A DNA stretch of 64,000 bases from Leptolyngbyaceae cyanobacterium. GTDB lineage: Bacteria > Cyanobacteriota > Cyanobacteriia > Phormidesmidales > Phormidesmidaceae. The notes beneath the pieces were generated by a model. The model made no database searches and was not told where the DNA came from. It saw nothing but the letters and a program-made list of their open reading frames with translations. Of the stretch, positions 61,723-64,000 are shown in pieces (within the stretch, counting starts at the first letter, position 1; every line of letters begins with the position of its first letter). The stretch spans positions 2,400,001 to 2,464,000 of the forward strand of contig CBDHHL010000056.1 of NCBI GenBank assembly GCA_965263355.1, written 5' to 3'. The translations under genes and the position numbers were made by a program.

Positions 61723-63627
61723 TTACGAATTGGGCTTTGCAAGATTCCTGAAAAGAGTATACTGTGGCTCAAATAACAATTTCACTGTACCGGTTGGACC
61801 ATTACGGTGTTTGGCGATAATCACCTCTGCAAGACCCCGATCAGGCGTATCGGGATCGTAATATTCTTCGCGATATAGCATCATAATTAGATCTGCGTCC
61901 TGCTCAATCGAGCCAGAGTTATGCGAAACAATACCGTTTCCTACCCAAGAGGCTGGACCTGGCACAGTTAGATCATAGACTACCTCTTCTCCAACAAACT
62001 CAATAGAGACAACCGTGTCCCAAACAGTCTGTGAATGAGTAAATTTGTTTATTTCTGACCTATGGTAGGACCCAATGCTAGACAGTACTGCTCGGGACTG
62101 TCTCAAGTTGTTATGGAATGATCTGGCGTAAGATTTACCTTGTAATGCTATAAATTCGTTTTCTGAGAGTTGATTCATTCGAGGCATGTGGTTTGCAACT
62201 GCAAGACGTTCACCTACTTTGATGTCTTGTAAACGTTGCCATCCATCAAAGGTATAAAGACGATGCTTATTGGTTGCTTTGAGTTTTCGCCCGCTAGCGG
62301 TAGTGATTTCATAAACTGATTTTCTGCCTACTTTCCACACTAAATCAGTTTTTGCTTCAACCAACTTACCGTGAGCATCTATCGCAATGACGTCAGGGGT
62401 TTGCCCAACCAGATCTGCTATGGGTATACGCCTACCGTCTGCTAACCAGACGAGCGTATCTCCGGTTACACATTCTCTTAGATCGCTCATCATGGGGCGT
62501 TTGTTAGTACGTGACTCAACACCACGGCTGAGCTGAGAAAGAGAAACAATTGGCACATTGAGTTCTCTGGCGAGACCTTTTAGCGATCGCGTTATTTTGG
62601 ACAGTTCCTGCACCCGGTTATCGCTACTACCTTCCATCAACTGCAGATAGTCGATCAGGATAAGGCCCAATGCACCACCATTTTCAGCCTTAAGACGACG
62701 GCATTTAGAGCGCATCTCAGTGACTGAAATATTGGGAGTGTCATCGATAAAGATAGGAATCTGCGATAGCGAACTAATGGCATGGCCCAACGGTTCCCAT
62801 TCATGCTGGCCAATACGCCCAGTACGCAGACGACCGCTTTCAATCCTGGCCTCTGACGACAGCAGACGATATACTAGCTGCTGCTTAGACATTTCCAAAC
62901 TAAAGACAGCCACTGGCTGCTTATGGCCACCTGCGATATTACGAGCCACATTGAGCACGAATGAGGTTTTTCCCATGGCCGGGCGTCCAGCAGCGATTAT
63001 CAGGTCAGAACGCTGAAACCCCTGGGTCATAGCATCTAAATCATAAAACCCACAGGACAGACCGGGCAGCACCATACCCATGGACCGTTGTTCAATATCG
63101 TCAAAGGTTTCGGTCAGGATGTCCGATGTAGCGGTGAGCCCTTGCTGGGGGCGCTCTTGGGTAAGACCAAAGATTTTTTGTTCCGACTGATCCAGGACCA
63201 TTTCCAATGCGGTCTCAGTTTCATAACCCAGCTGGGCAATTTCCCCACCGACTTGGATCAGCTTACGACGAGTGTATTTATCCATCACCAGTTTGGCATA
63301 CTGGTCAATGTTGGCAGAGCTGATGGTACGGTCAAACAGCTGGGCCAGTCGAGCCTGTCCCCCGGCTTTTTCCAGCAGGCTGTGATCTTTCAGCCAGGAG
63401 GCAACGGTCATCAGGTCGGTGGGTTTGCCTTTTGCCTGGAGATCAACGGCGGCGCGATATATCTCACGATGTCCAGCAATATAAAAGGCATCGAGGACCA
63501 AAATTTCAGTCACGCGACCCATGGCTTCTGGGTCCAGCAAAATGCCCCCTAAAATGGCTTCTTCGGCATCGATATTCTGAGGCGGTAGGCGATCAAAATT
63601 TGCTTGAAACTGACGTTCTTGACCCAT
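61723..63627 (-). CDS. dnaB: Replicative DNA helicase, intein-containing
   Basis: PPQNIDAEEAILG, GRPAMGKT, FSLEM, DYLQL, SQLSR..E.R..KRP..SDLRE/SGSIEQDAD, AKHRNGPTG. Confidence 0.98.
   Translation of the reverse strand: MGQERQFQANFDRLPPQNIDAEEAILGGILLDPEAMGRVTEILVLDAFYIAGHREIYRAAVDLQAKGKPTDLMTVASWLKDHSLLEKAGGQARLAQLFDRTISSANIDQYAKLVMDKYTRRKLIQVGGEIAQLGYETETALEMVLDQSEQKIFGLTQERPQQGLTATSDILTETFDDIEQRSMGMVLPGLSCGFYDLDAMTQGFQRSDLIIAAGRPAMGKTSFVLNVARNIAGGHKQPVAVFSLEMSKQQLVYRLLSSEARIESGRLRTGRIGQHEWEPLGHAISSLSQIPIFIDDTPNISVTEMRSKCRRLKAENGGALGLILIDYLQLMEGSSDNRVQELSKITRSLKGLARELNVPIVSLSQLSRGVESRTNKRPMMSDLRECVTGDTLVWLADGRRIPIADLVGQTPDVIAIDAHGKLVEAKTDLVWKVGRKSVYEITTASGRKLKATNKHRLYTFDGWQRLQDIKVGERLAVANHMPRMNQLSENEFIALQGKSYARSFHNNLRQSRAVLSSIGSYHRSEINKFTHSQTVWDTVVSIEFVGEEVVYDLTVPGPASWVGNGIVSHNSGSIEQDADLIMMLYREEYYDPDTPDRGLAEVIIAKHRNGPTGTVKLLFEPQYTLFRNLAKPNS
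61918..62472 (-). mobile_element. Mini-intein (185 aa) in DnaB
   Basis: Starts CVTGDT (block A), has T..HR block B (ATNKHRLY), VYDLTVP block F, and ends SHN followed by extein Ser. No LAGLIDADG motifs. Confidence 0.95.
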
Positions 63628-63812
63628 GACAATCTTCAGACGATACGACAGGTGATACACACCCAAATGGGCTGAAACTTATAACTGTTTGAGCAGTAAG
63701 CCCCTGGTTTTAGACATGAAAAAAGACAAGGGGGGAGCAATCGGTGGCATGGAAAATGCTTGAAGTGCATGCCAGTTAATCGTGCTAATTATCCGGCCAC
63801 TCCCTGCTTACA

Positions 63813-63842
63813 ATTATCCTAGATACACATATGTAGTGTCAA
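63813..63842 (-). promoter_or_regulatory. Candidate sigma70 promoter for dnaB
   Basis: Minus strand TTGACA-N18-GATAAT (or N15-TAGGAT). Confidence 0.45.
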
Positions 63843-63871
63843 GTGAGACTGCAAAACTCTACATGTAGAGT
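63824..63871. promoter_or_regulatory. Tandem NrdR-box-like sites, 32 bp apart
   Basis: TACACATATGTAGTGT (63824-39) and ACTCTACATGTAGAGT (63856-71). The second lies in a perfect 26-bp palindrome at 63851-63876. Confidence 0.6.
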
Positions 63872-64000
63872 TTTGCCATGGCGATATGAGGATGGAAATG
63901 AATTGGATGGGAAAATAAACCTTATGCACCTCCAGAACTGAAGCTTCGCAATATAGTTCACATGTATTATAGCAAGTCAACGACTTTGCAGAGTCAGTCG

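Larger units (their letters stand above)
1702..62590. repeat. Dispersed HIP1 octamer GCGATCGC
   Basis: More than 20 copies seen by eye, e.g. near 1702, 14496, 27205, 35311, 36241, 50596, 62583. Confidence 0.9.

Overview
Chromosomal window from a cyanobacterium. The basis is many HIP1 GCGATCGC octamers, pgr5, ftsH2 and cyaC; the gene style suggests a filamentous Leptolyngbya-like strain, which is inference. The housekeeping backbone is pilD (partial), leuB, hisC, cyaC, murG, acs, acyP, dusA, an NFACT/RqcH gene, remA, sufE, hemC, glgA, gltX, ftsH2, yjbQ, era and dnaB (with a 185-aa mini-intein). Two accessory modules stand out. (1) At 9.4-11.3 kb, an atypical ECF-like sigma factor, a divergent peptidoglycan-binding-domain protein and a pentapeptide gene are each preceded by the same bipartite motif GTCAC-N17-CACTA. 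A fourth near-match lies before a second pentapeptide gene at 29.5 kb. This is a candidate self-contained sigma regulon readable directly from the DNA. (2) At 15.7-23.5 kb is a chaperone-usher-like pilus locus: an usher-like protein with a long acidic N-terminus, a PapD-like chaperone, and four paralogous subunits whose domain gains and losses suggest tip, adaptor, major and terminator roles. A LuxR regulator lies next to it. Also noted: tandem NrdR-box-like sites overlapping a dnaB-facing promoter, HLR1 (RpaB) repeats before pgr5, a phycobiliprotein-like protein lacking the bilin Cys, a MacA/MacB/TolC operon with no ATPase, a tandem pair of tail-anchored paralogs, and two families of REP-like palindromes. 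I recognised no rRNA, tRNA, CRISPR array or transposase. All family calls come from motif recognition by eye, with no database searches.
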